This document shows positions 21,164 through 35,000 of a stretch of DNA of 43,981 nt, one piece after another. Location of the stretch: the NCBI GenBank assembly GCA_000934665.2, contig KZ538859.1, positions 1-43,981 on the forward strand. Reading direction: 5' to 3'. The notes beneath the pieces are model-generated. The model was not told the origin of the DNA. It saw nothing but the letters and a program-made list of their open reading frames with translations, and searched no databases. How positions within the stretch are numbered: the stretch's first letter is position 1; every line of letters begins with the position of its first letter. This stretch comes from Catajapyx aquilonaris. Taxonomy: Eukaryota. Made by a program: the position numbers and the translations under genes.

Positions 21164-24100
21164 AAACTCTGTTGATATTATGAATGCGCTTGGTAAATCT
21201 GGCGAGTGATTATACAAGTATAAACTGGAGCGTGTTGTAAATGTAAATGTAAATGTAAATTTATGTTACTAATTTAAAACCGTTTAAAACAGTCGCGCTT
21301 TGGATAAGGTGTAAATAGAGAGAATTGCATTAAATGACAACTGGCTATTACATGTGACGTTTATGTCAAAATGTGCTACAACAAGACCCGCGCAGTACAG
21401 CTCTGTCCGAAAGGATCGAAAATGTCCCAATGTGGGCGAGTCGCCTAAACTGGGCACAACAGCCCCATCCAATATGACACGCTAAATTAGCACATAATTT
21501 TCAATATTGAGAACCCTGACTAATGTGAGTAAAATGGACGACAGACCCTTACTCTCCAAACTGAATTCGGTCATCCAAGTCTTGTTTTTCCTCAAATTTA
21601 TATGCATGCCACAAACATATGATGTAGTGCCCGGTTATAAGCTTGTAATATTGCAGGCGCATATATGTCTAACGCTGGCACTCTGTAAATCTTATTCCAA
21701 ATACCATTCCGGGACAGGGTTTTAAACCGGCGCATAACCTGTTGCAAATCCGATTTTGAATGCTCCGGCGAACAGTTGCAAAGGACCATTTTCATTGCTG
21801 GCATGATTTATCACTCTTGAAGCCAACCAGTAAGCAGAGGGGCAGGCTTTTAACCCAATTTAGGATTTTCCTCTGAAAAAAAAACACACACAACATAGGT
21901 GGGTTTGCATGTCCTTGTCAAACCCACTGCTAATTTATGATTATGCAAATGTGTCATCATAAAGCCGGGAATAATAATGGTTAGATGTTGAGGATCTCCA
22001 CCCTAAAGTAATTTCCGTGTACGGATGTAGACTCCAGTTCCATTCAGACATGTCAATGGTGTAATGTCTTAAGAATGGCTATATAGACGCCCGTCTGGAA
22101 GGTCCTTCGTGGCTCCATTTTTAGTCAGCTCGTTTTTGTGTGGCAATGTTGTCAGAGCATACGGGGCTAATTCAGATCCGTCGCGAAACTGGTCGAATCA
22201 GGCCTATTTGTCACTCAGGTAAAAAGTGAAAGGCTTCTCAGGAATGTTACATTAGCACATGAAATCACAACAAGACTGCAAATATTTTTTTTTTTTCCCA
22301 CCGCTCTTTTTTTCACTCTCCAATTATGAATCAGATTTTACCAAGACGAATGATGACTAATTTCTCAGACTGCTTTTGGTCCGGTTGAATGGGACGAAAG
22401 GCGTGAAAGTCATTGGGAAGAATCGCAAGTAGGCTAGGGTCGTTCCCACCAACGTGGATTATTAAACTGACTCGATATAAGTCTGACGTGAGGTTTACAT
22501 GTTAAACAATAATAGTGTGATGCACCGGTTGTGACTTCGAGAGCGAAAGGCAAACCCATGTAGCGCATAAAAATAAGGGGAAGGCATGAGAATAAAAGTG
22601 TCATTCAAATATATGGAAATGAGAGGAAAAACTGGAATTTCAAGCAATTCTAAGGGTCACACGGATTATATATTATATCGGGTTTTCTGGGATCTGATTT
22701 GTGTGTGACGATTGTTTTTCTGAGTTTTATTACTATGGTGTCTTAGCGAACGAGCCATGATATGGAGCGAGCGACATTAGTCGTGTACTTATTGTGCATG
22801 TAATTTGTAGAATGATTACTTTTTACACGCAACACTTTTTAAGAACCCCGGTCACACTAGGCGTTTAACACGCGACGGAATAAATGATTTCTGAATAAAT
22901 GTAAACAGGAATCCAAAGGGATTAGTCACATTACAGCGTGTTTTACAAGTCCATGTACACGTGTATGTCCAGTGTGGCTGCCCTCGACATGTAAATACGC
23001 GACTTTTTCCGTAGCTTGTCACATGAAATATTATTATTGTTTCATCTCATAAGCAGTGTTATGAATGCAGTCTGCCATAACAATGAAAAAAAGGGAAACT
23101 GATAGAAATGCAACCAAGTGCACGGTTACAGGAAACTACTCTTGTGTTTGGAAGGGCAGTGAAGAAAAGCACCTTGGACTTGATCGCGTCCTTCAAAGTA
23201 TGCAGTGGGACGGATGAAAGGTGCAGATGAGTTGAGGATGAGAACTGGAGCTAGCAAAAGCGAAACGAGACGCTTCTTTTGTGTTTCAGTTTTCTCCCCA
23301 CGACGACCCTGGGACGATTTTGGTGAAACTTTTTATTTTGCTTGCGAAATTTCCCCCCGGTAACCTTCGAGGGCCGACCTCACCGTGGCTTCCAGCGAAG
23401 ACCCTGCGAAGAAGAGGCGCGGTTCGATTACCGGAATAATTGTGCCACAAATAATTGCCGGATGTTGCAACACGATATGAAAATGAAAGTGGTTAATCAT
23501 CGGCACAAAAAGTCACATGGGATTGCCACTGCTGGCTTTTGTTGGATCACCACCGATCTTCCACTCCAGAAACTGGGCATAGTAATCTGTATTCAAGGGT
23601 GAAATTGAGATCGTGATATAATTCTCTGAAAGCAAGGACTCGCTCATCTGCCAAGGCTTTCACCTCAACCGCAAGATTGTCACCTTCCATCATCATGCGT
23701 GATAACCTGATGTAACAAAACTTCCATTCCATCTCCGGGTGTCTATACTAATAATTGTTTGTTCACTCGGATAGGAATGTGGCAAAAGTCTATGCCGATT
23801 ATTGTGTGACGTCTGTAAGATGGTCACGCTGCAAGTCATTAGTTTGTGGTTTTTTGGCATTGCAGAATTACAAGTCGGTGCTAGATCCTAATACGCCTCT
23901 TGACCAAAGTGCCCAAAGTTGTGTGACCGAAGTGACCTGCAACCTTTGGGACCGTTGAACGTAACAACCGTCATCAGCATATGTAGTGTGAACCCCCCCN
24001 CCCCCCCCCCCCAACATTCCTATGCATTTTTAAACATATGTGCAAACTGAAATATGACAGTGATTTTCCATTTTGACCAGGTATTTTCATTCTGCGCTGC

Positions 24101-27100
24101 ATACAGGTGACAGGTCATGCAGGTTTAGCATGCGCTGTAATGTAACATCCTGTTTTTCCGGTGCAAGGTAATAAACAAGCCGCTCTGAACCGTACCATTC
24201 TCTGTGACTTTGAGAAGTCCTTTCGACATGTGTACATTTGCGATGTAAAGCGCGGCTACGTCAAGAATGACGCATATTACATTTTTTCGCACACTTTTTT
24301 ACATTCTTTTAATTAGCAGCGGATGCTCCTTCTATCTCTTCATCATCGCATTGCCCGCAGTTTAATAAATTCTGGGGTTATTATCACTCGAATGGTGCCA
24401 TAAAACACTATCAGATGCTCTGTATCAGTTTATTAGGCACGCATCAACAATCAGACGGAGGTGTATCCGCGGCTAATTTCTTGTTATGCGAAACCTGGTG
24501 TCCTTCGCAAGAGGATGTAATGGCGTCTGTATCTCGCAGAAGTGGAGGTTGTCTTAGACAAACGCTGAAGAATTCCAAGGAATCGGTCCTACTCTAATGA
24601 TGGGTCTAGTAGGGGTCCAAATAAATAATTAAAGCCGTGTAATACAAATTATTAGGTAGAGTCATGAGAGGGACCTTGCCTACATTTCAAGTATGCTATG
24701 TCTTGCGTAGGGGGCGCAATTAGCACGTGCCAGGTGAACGTACACCATAACTGGGTTCAAACTACCGTGCAGCAATGACCTCTGTCTTGAGCAATATTAG
24801 AAGAAGTGTATAGATATTTTAAGTGCATCAAGGCATATAAAATGTTTACTCGGCATTAAAATATGAAACAAAACAATTTGTGTTGAACTGAATAATAATA
24901 GCTACAGTCATAATATATGCTATTATTGGGCTTGTTGAATTTTTTTAAAACTTATAATTGAGGGTACTCAACCGTTTGACACTGAAGGTGCCATACTGTT
25001 ATTAGCAAGTTATTGTGGTTGGCTTTGTGTGACACTTGAGGTGGCACAAATTGGTCGTAGTACATCGTTTACCATCTGTTATCCAAGAACGTGCAATTTC
25101 CACATGTGCAAGGAAGAATGAAAAGTGAATTACAAATGACAATGGGCATTCTTAGGAGAAATGTGACTACGCACAAGGGAATGATATAGTCTCTCTTCTC
25201 TCAAGGCCACGTCTGTGGGTAAAGGACATGAAGAGAATAATTCTGAGACTAATAGCAAAAGGCGGAACCGGAAGATGAAAATCTGGAAAGTGTGATACAT
25301 CTCCGCTTCAAATCTTGAGGTGAAGGAACAGAGGATGTTTTCCGGCCTTGCCTAAACGAGGACATTCAAATAACTACGAGTATATTGCTCTGATTAGCAG
25401 TGGTGTAGGTCAAGCACACCACTTTGTCGCAGTTAGAGTCACTACACGATAACTCTGGATTTGGAGATAAGGGTAACAGTGATTGTAATACATAATATTC
25501 CATCCACGAAGGGGCCCGTTGTGATGGTACACCCATCTATAGACATGTTACACATTCAACGTGAGCAGATTTCCATGATTAAAAGTCCCCATATGAAGGT
25601 GGCAGAGAGTGCCATATTGACCAGCATAGGTCCAGAGTTATCGTGTAGCGACTATAATTTATGATAAGAACATAATTATTATATACCTGTATGTAACTAC
25701 ACAACCACAGCTGCGTACAGTACATATGGCTTGTAAGCTGCTGGACTGGGTTGAATTTATCCGAATTTGATTTCAGTAATTAACCCTTTGCTCCTTCAGG
25801 TATTCAGTAGATTAGGACCTATGTAAAATTCCAGTCAGAAAAATGTCCTACAGACTTTCTGAAATAGAGCCAACCCCACCAAATCTGCCAACCTATTTCC
25901 AATTCGAATTAAAATATTCCAGCCATTTATTACACAGAAAATTAATTAGCATCCACCTGAAAGCCCGTCCATCTCATTCATAACGATAGGCTCTTTAGTT
26001 GATGTCAAACGGCAAAATATGTCACCATCTTTTATTCGGTAGTGAAAGGAAGGCGAAGATAAATGAACATCCGTTCCAGGCATCAAGTAAATAATTAGCT
26101 GGCACGGAACTGCAGTCGGCTGGCTGATTTATCAATTTCAAACAGATCCTGCGAAACTTTTGTTTAAACTGCTGCCGCGGAACGGTAGCTCACACGTGGA
26201 CAGTGGTCGTGCGCCTTGCCGCACCCCCTAAGGTCACACACACATGTTGCTTTCGGTACGTGCACACATGATACCGCCAAGTGACGTCCGACCTTGTGGC
26301 ACTCGGGCATTCCGCGAAGCTCAGGAACCCCTCCTTTGTTGTTTAGGAATAAAGAAAACTGTCAGCTACGACGGAGATGAGTGTCCCCACTTGGCATGTG
26401 GACCTCGCTTTGCTCACACCATGCCTTCTCTTTGTTGTGATGCTACGTGGGGTCGTGTCATCCAGTGTGACCAATTTTTAGGAGACATCTGGTGGCAAAA
26501 TTTGGGCTAGATGGCGCAATTGCATATGACATTTTGCGTCCACCCACCCAGATGACGCACCTAGTGCACAATGCTAACAAATACAATCGCATTACGCATT
26601 CCCTTTTTCTATCTGCCGTGTAATTACACTCGTAAATCAGACTGTTATTGAACTTTCAGAGTTTGAATCCCATTCGCAGAATAACCTTGCATCTAGTCTC
26701 TGACTTAATTGTTTTTAATTAGGATCGCACAGGAGCAACCTCTAAATGTCAGTAATGGGCAACATGAGGAAATGTCATCCCTGGGAAACCTTGGCATGCC
26801 TGAATTGATTCCAATAGGATGCGCACGAAATCTCGTTTTCTGTCTGAAGTAAAACATACCCAGCTGGACAAGGTCTCCGGCATCTGGGCGTTATTTTGGC
26901 ATTGTTTCTAGACTGGATAGATTGCAAGGCACCCTATTGGAACTAGGAATTAAAGTATGACGCTCTGGATTTGTCGGTGCGATAAAAAAAGTGAGTGGGG
27001 GTTCTTCAACATGCACTTTCGTTAAACTTGACTTTTAACCCTGGATACATTTCGCGTACAAGCGTGATTATCCCAGGCAATAAAACGCTTCAGCTGAGCC

Positions 27101-28012
27101 TCTTATTGATAGAGTCTTAAATCACGTGCTTATTGATGAGAAGCGCTAGATCAATGGAAACTGAAGGTCCTCAACATACATATGAATGCTGTTTCATATT
27201 TTTTTTTAGAATGTCTTACACGACTGACGTGAAAGGTGGGGGAGAATATCCTGCGGTTATGAAGATGAGCAAAAAGGGTTGTAAAAAATGGCCCACCTTT
27301 GACATGCTAATTCAAGCGTGTAATCTTCGGGGCTGACCTATTGCCACAGTGACCTTATGTAAAGGAGCGTCTGTTGATCTTGAACGGACCTATTTATGGT
27401 GCAATTCGCACATACTTTGCCCTTCACCTTATTCATGTCGGTCAATATTCTTTAGGAGCTAAGGGTACAGTGAATTTAATGTCACTGGTTCTTTGTGTTA
27501 TAAGTTTGTCATTTTCCAAATGCAAATTCAATAATGTGGCTTTGTGTTATTACACCACTAATTGACAAAACAGGAAAGAGTTTTGAAAAAAAAAAAACAT
27601 CCGTACTAACGTCCGTTGGCGTTGGGTCTAACGGGTGTCACAAAATTCACATCAGATCCATATCTGTGTAAATAACATGTACCGGTATACAATATACGTT
27701 ATTGAATTCAAAGATTGACTGTCTGTTCAGGAGTGACATATTCAGGAATGTAAACACGAATCAGGATAGGGTACAAGAGATTTCCACTGATACTGATCTG
27801 AGGTTACTTTAGGCACACCATGTACAGTATAACAGGATGTATTCATTACACACGAATTCTGGGTTTTCCACGAAAGACTTCATGCAAGTGCATGATGTCG
27901 ACGAACGAGTGCTCCTGCACGATTTGGAATGTGATGACCACTTTCGCTTTCGTCCCCTAGTTAGGTCACAACTCACGCAAAAATATATGTTGTCAATTTG
28001 GGTTACCAGGTA

Positions 28013-28260
28013 CAGGTCTGACGGTCCAAGTTAATACCCCGTATCTTCGAAAATCACATTGCACTTCTCTTTGAAAGTCGCGTCTTTTGGTACAAAGCCC
28101 TAACTGTATGAGCAACCCTTGCAAAGTTTCGGCCAATTGAAATCATGCACTTCCATAATTATACAATAATGGAAACAAAAAATTTCAAAAGCGAATAACT
28201 TATCTCGAAATGAAAAAAAAACCCCGAGATACAGGGTTTTGACTTGGGGCGTCAGAGGTG
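28013..28260. mobile_element. Old TIR element, probably a Tc1/mariner MITE
   Basis: TA|CAGGTCTGACGGTCCAAGTTAATACCCCGTATCT versus AGATACAGGGTTTTGACTTGGGGCGTCAGA. Confidence 0.5.
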
Positions 28261-30015
28261 CAGGGAATATTTGAACATAAAGGTTTTGTTATGAAAGTTG
28301 AGGCTGATAGTAATAATTTCAGGTTATGTCGCGTTTACGTCTCTTGTCTTTTGTATCTGACTTAAAAAGCTATTTAGCGGCCAATTAGTTTTCAGCCGGA
28401 TATTTTCTCCTGCTAGAAATATGCGGAAGAGCTGCAAAAAAAATTATTTTGAAACTCTCGTTTAGATCTCCCTGACCTTAGGGTGGAAATGACACGTTGA
28501 GAAAGTCCATTTTGCATTCGTTTTTGTCACGTCCATGTAAATGAAAGGAATGAAGTGCAAAAATGACATCAGAAGCTTCTTGCTTGTTCCGCACCAGAAT
28601 GCGAATGGATGCGATGACGTCACTGATTAGAGCACCATTGCCCTCTGGTTTGATCCATCGACTTTATATTCCTTATTAAGCATTGTGTTTTTATTATTAA
28701 AACTACCTTGGCGGCAGGTGCTCGAAGGCCATTGGGTGGTCCCCAGGTAGTTCATCTTCGGTAGCAAAAATGCTTCAGCCTTACACGTATCACTATGAGA
28801 TAATCTTAGAAATGGTATTGCAAATACGAAATCTAGCGTTATACCACCACACCTAACCACCTGGTGTGCCAATTGGTGCCGACGCCCCCTGCCTGTGTAT
28901 CTCTCTTCGGCCACTACTCTCACTCGGAATCCCGATGTACAACTCGCCCACGTACAGTACGTCGTAATTAATAATATTATATTCTTGCCTGAAGCACTAT
29001 CCATAAAGTGGCGGTTGATAGATGTTGCCTTACAAGAGGGGATGAGTTGCGCACAAGGCGTACTGTTGAAATGCAACGCTTTCAGTTTCATGCCTGCCTT
29101 CATAATATGGATAACAAAGGGACCAAAAAAATCTTTGTATTGTTAGGTATTATGTGGGTTAATTTTTATCACGACTACTTAATTTGTGCTGGCTAATAAT
29201 GCGGGTGCTTTCACTATTTTCATTTTATTTAAACAATAAGGTTTGTTTTTCTTTTTTGAGCAGAGGTGGTTGCCTCATGTACATGGTGTCCACTATTTCA
29301 GACATGGGAGTCAGCATGAGGTCTGATTCAAGTTGCAGAGCCTCAGTCGTAGGACCAAGGAGCGTGATGTGGATTTGATCCTTGTTGTCTTGTCACACGC
29401 TCACCTCTTCTGTTTGCAGGGAAACCCTAACTTTCAGGATATTTCGGAAATATGAATATATAAGAAGAGTTAGTGTGAAACGTTCCAAGTGACATGTTAC
29501 TTGTTAGCTGTGGTGGATGCTCTCTGGCAAAGCAATATTATTAGGACGCCATTAGTGAAGAAGTTCTTAAAGTTAAAATATATGTTGTTCTCTAGTAGTA
29601 GTGCGCTTATAATGTTTAAACACCAGGCACAAAGAAATCGAAGCTTCTTTTTACATCGGGATTTGCATAAAAGACAACTGACTTGGACAAGAAGCTTACA
29701 CTGGTCGTGTACAAGATACGACTGGGAGGGATCTCATGTCATCGTGCTTGTTTTCCGGTTTGAAGTGCGCAAAGAGTATGCGTGACATCCGATCAGATGT
29801 TGCTTCCAGTGAGCCTCCACCGTGATGATGAGACATTCTGACTTGCATTTTCAGACACTGAATTTCTGGCATTTATCTATTCAAACTTGGGTCCTTGTTC
29901 TACTGACCCATTCGACTATTCAGATATTTTTGTCATGTCGGATTACGGATTATCTGCATGTTCAACATTGAAAATGGTCACTTATTATACCCTCTGTTCC
30001 GTATATTCATTCTAA

Positions 30016-30140
30016 GGGCCGGTTTCACCGAGCTTGGTATATGATAAAACCAGGTTTCTTTAGGAAAATCTATACAAATAGATAGGGATTTTGAGAAATA
30101 CCCTGGTTTTATCATATACTGAGCTCGGTGAAACCGGCCC
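30016..30140. mobile_element. PIF/Harbinger (Tourist-like) MITE, copy 1
   Basis: TIR GGGCCGGTTTCACCGAGCT / AGCTCGGTGAAACCGGCCC with TAA on both sides. Confidence 0.85.
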
Positions 30141-30143
30141 TAA

Positions 30144-30270
30144 GGGCCGGTTTCACCAAGCCCAGTTTTGATAAAACCCCCGGTTCTTTTGGAAAATCCC
30201 TGCAAATAGAATAGGGATTTTCCAAAAGAACCGGGGTTTTCATCAAAACTGGGCTTGGTGAAACCGGGAC
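30144..30270. mobile_element. PIF/Harbinger (Tourist-like) MITE, copy 2
   Basis: TIR GGGCCGGTTTCACCAAGCCCAG / CTGGGCTTGGTGAAACCGGGAC with TAA on both sides; near-fully palindromic. Confidence 0.85.
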
Positions 30271-31979
30271 TAACAAACTTCACGTTCAAACACGATCAGA
30301 TTTTGACTATAAGTTGCACCTGTTCCCTGCCCAAGCCTGTTCCTACATGTTTACCTGAACCAGTCCTTTTTACTACCCAAGACCGATTGTTATAAACAAC
30401 CAGTCAGCTGCACAAATAAAAGCGAATCAACTGGCAGCTGTAAAAGTGGGTGTCAGTCCTGACACCCGTTGTCGTGTCTCGTCTTCTGTTATAAACTGGC
30501 CGGGTACTCCTCCCTTTTGAAACGGTTTCACCCGCAAATCGTGTCCAGGGTCAAGCTCAGTGACGAGCTCTTATCCTTGATTCACATACGTCTTAAGCAG
30601 CAGAAGAGTTCCACACACATCATCCTATAAACCTAGTCATACAAAAAAAAAATGCCCGGAGTCTCGGTGGGAAAAATTGGCGTGAAATTGCTAGAGGTAA
30701 ACACCAGAGCAAGGACTGCAACTAGTAATCCGTGACCTGCCGACCTGAAAATCTAGTGCAACGAACGGCTTTCGCAGATAGACAGTGGAGGTGGACTCGG
30801 TTTCACTTTCAAAGCCATCGTTCCGGATCTTCAGCCACCTTTACTAGTCTATTACGGACCCCTCCTACGAGCAGATGCACTATTTTTGTATTGTGATTGG
30901 AGCGCAAGTAGGTTGAGCGCCTTGATTGTCCTGGAAAGAAAAGATATCATTTTGTTCCTATAGTGAGTCATTAATTGCGAGGCGTCCTCGACTATTCATG
31001 CATTCCAGAGGCAGAGGCAGTCTTTTAATGACTAGGAGGGGGGAAGGTGGGATATGTTGTCCTTCACATAATTTCCATGTTGGGGTGCTCATATACTGAG
31101 GGTTGGTACAGGGGTGAGGAAAAAAAGTGAGGACCGTGACAGACAGTTTAAAAGTACATCTTGGCCCATTTTGGGATCCCCTACTGCTCAATGTGTGAAT
31201 TTTGGGTTCGCAGGGGGCCAGTTGCCATGACATCAGGTAATTTCTTTTCTGGCTCACGCAATGGACGGGGTGTTGAAAACTCTGCATCATGAAACGTTAC
31301 CTTGGTATGGTGTCCTGAAACAGCCCACGTGGTTTTTGTTTTCGTTTCCTTGATGTCACGTTTATATAAAAAAGCCAATATTGGCTTCATGATTAAGTCT
31401 ATGTTATTACTGTATATACATTTATATTTATATTATTTCCCTTCCCCGTTCTTAGGGCCGAAGGCCCTTTTTTGGGGGGGGGGGGGGGGTTATTACTGTA
31501 TATACAGTATATGGCCACGCGGTCATCCTTGTATTATTCACGTGAGGTATTACAAGATTAGTGTATATTAAACTTTTATTTTACTATTTTCATCAATTTT
31601 AATAAGTTCATAGATCACAAAAATGGTTTCAGGCATGAAATATGTATTCCTACATGTTATTCACATTATTTTTACAGGAAATGAACTCTGCCCAAGTCGC
31701 TTGTTATGCCTAGAAGTTATATCATATACATAGATTGTTCATTATAATATAGCTATCAGCTTAAAGAACAGCAACTCACTTAAAGTAATTGGAGGCGCCT
31801 TGTCGTAATTGTTGCTTCGATTAAACTGGTTCAGTACTGCTAGAATAAGCATTCCATGACTTTTAAAAAAAATCTATGAACTGATGACCTGGATGGTATA
31901 GTAGAGTGTACTGCAGATGGGTAAATCGGATCTTTTTATACGCCGGTGATAAATATTATTTTGTGCTTTGGTTGTAACC

Positions 31980-31981
<2 letters not shown>

Positions 31982-32011
<30 letters not shown>
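31982..32011. repeat. (ATC)n microsatellite
   Basis: Directly visible. Confidence 0.9.
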
Positions 32012-35000
32012 TAAAAGCTCCCTTAAAAATAAGCCTGGCAAGATGCGGACAAGATCTTCAACTATGATGAAAATAATGCATTGCAAATAATATCAAGTGC
32101 CATGCCGCTGACATTTTTCACGACAAATGCTGCACGCTACATAACTAATGTGGAGCAACGGTTTCTAAATTGTGGATCCCGTGATTCTGTAGCCAGATAA
32201 CGTAGAGCTATGCACGGTTTAAAAAAAAAACGCTTTCCCAACATTTTCACTCCTCAAAACACTTTAGCACACACACTTAATATCAAACTTCATCTCAAAC
32301 CCCCCAATCAGTAATAACATGCCACTAAGCATTCCCTTTTACAGCAAATGTATAATATCTCTTAACGAGTGATGTCATGCCCCACGAATGAGGTAACTTG
32401 ATAAAGACCAACTCCGCCAGTTTTTTTATCCACCATCCAACAGCCTACTTATCAGCCAAGATTGCGCTCACCATCTTGGAAAAAAATATATATTGGAAGG
32501 TAAAAATCCCTCAATTGCTAGAATGTCCAGGGTGGAGTAGGATGCTCCGAAAAAGAATTTATTTTTTTCCGAAGGTCATTCCTTTCTGTCCCAGAATTGG
32601 ACATCGGGGCAGATCTAAGTAACTGGCAGGCAGGGCAGGTTAGCTGCGGTGCCTGGTGAAAGGCAAAGTCACACACAATGGAGCCCTTCGTCCTCTTGTG
32701 AGTGGCCTCCGACCAGCTTCCACCTATTCGGTCTCATTTTGTTTTGGATGGAGATTCCTCAATGGTGTAGCTCATCCATCGGCAAGGTTAGGGATTTTTT
32801 TTTCTCTCTGAGACATACGTAGAAATTGAGCTAAATCCTCCCAGGCGATTTCTGGCCATGTCTTATACAGAATGGTGGAGAAAAAAAACCAGTTCACCTT
32901 ATAGCTGGCGGAAGAAATCGAGGTGGGCCGGTCCTTTATGATGTGGCCGCGCCTAACAAAAAGGTGACAGTTATTTAGATGGGGGACTTCCTATTAGTTG
33001 AGGGAGGGATGAGGCGTGTTTGGAGGCTCTTGATAACGGGAATTCCCAGTTTTAAGATTAGCACGAGAGTATGGCGAACGTAGAGCACGCGTCGATGCAA
33101 TCTGCGTCGTGTGGATCACTATTGCTGTGTTTCAGTTATATTCATGACTTATTACGTGTGATCTATGGTTAATTCTAAATAAGTGGTTAATCTATGTTAT
33201 TAATATAGGATTAATTACTTGTTTCGAATTTATTATCGAGCACGCAACCCGACCGTTAGAGGTTGAGCATGGCACTAGTAAGGGGTGGAATCAAATAATT
33301 GTAGTTATTGTAGCAGGTACTAAGTTTCGCACTGAGAATGCCTCTTTTTAGATGAAGCTAAAAATTATATTGCGTGATGTTTAGAGCATGTACAGTATTT
33401 TTCACGTAGTTCCACTTATATTAAAATATTTCGAGTTTTGAATTAATAGCTTTTTTTGATGTACACAAACACGCCAAGGCTGTGAGAAAACTGCAACTGA
33501 AACTATACGTAAACGGCTGCAAAAACATGTTCAGATGCAACAGGAATGAAGACTTAAGAAGCATGACGCATGTTTTGTATTGACTTATGCTTTCTTTGCA
33601 GGCAAAGTGTGCGTCTTAGGAATAAATTAGACAATAAATATGGAACTTAAGTCCCGAAAACAACGGAATTTCCTGTTGGTAGGTGCAGGAATTAGCTCAT
33701 CAATTTCCACGCCGTGATATAACTTTTACCGCCTCCTTCACGAAAAAATAAATACGTGGGTACAGCGTACCACTAATGCGAATAAAAACTTCAGACATTT
33801 GGAACCTCCCACCGCCCTCAATAATAAGACGCAAATTATACAAAACATGCATCTTACCCAAAAGTGACCCGGAAAAAACACTCCTCCAATATCTATAAAA
33901 CTTCACATTTGATATTTCTTTAATGGAAATCGTGGGCAGTGTCAAGAAGTCGGGTCTGTTCGTTCAGGAAATATTGCAAAGGAAAACTACTTTTTATGGG
34001 CGTAACGGAGTAATTTTCGAAGACATACTCCTACTACATTAGTCCATTCATATTTAACGTAACTATAGCTTTCATCTTAAAATTGCTGTCCACATTGCTA
34101 TACATTAAAAATAACAAGGATTGTTTACCTCTCGGGTATGGCGGAATTTACCACGCATTTCCTTTACGAATTTTGCTGTGGGCGCCACTGACCATCGTTA
34201 TGCAGAAAATGGTCATAATCGTGCCGGAAAGCATGAGATAGTAGACTCAATCATGCACATATAGACCCAAATAGGGGAGTTGACGAGCGTGGAAGGTTGT
34301 AGCACTCCGTTTCATTACCTGGCGAAGGTCGGGATGATACATGGAAGGACGCTCCTCTACTTGATCTGGCGGACATCACTCGTTTTTCTCTCCTTCTCCC
34401 TAATTGGCGGCCACTTTGATTACTTTTGATATACTCGAGTGCATTAGCTTGTCAGTCGAGTTTGCACACAGTGTTGCCTCGTGACCTTCTCAACCAACTG
34501 GTTCAGGTTTTAAGGTACAGGTGCTGTACAGGTGTGCCGGCTATGCTGATGCAGGGTTTAATAGGTTATCAGGTCTGGTCTTACTGTAGGTTTATTTTTA
34601 CTATGCTAGTTGATTATTGGTAGCTGAGACATAGTTTTTTTTACTATAGTTTTTGCAGGCAAACATGGTGGCCCAGGTCTTTCACAAGCAGTTATCCAGT
34701 GGCAGAGATTACAGTCTCAGGCGTCTGAAATGAGTCACTGGACGACTCACTGATAACCGCTGAAATATGTGAAAGCCTTTCCAACATGTTTTTGCTCAGA
34801 TGTGGCTTTTTTGTCTCTGCCTAACACGCACCACGGAAGAAGCTTTTTTCCTATAACTGTCGACGAAAGCTGCCTTACAGGATACATGTGTGCTACACTA
34901 CATTATTATGGGCTTTATAAAATCAAGCATTATCGTACAACCAATATACAATTTGCCTAAGACATTTGCGAGATTGGCCAATTTCATTACCGCAGCAGAT

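Noticed and set aside
28627..29103. 158-aa ORF (also the 161-aa ORF at 40902-41387)
   Set aside because: No recognisable motif or splice context; the length is compatible with chance
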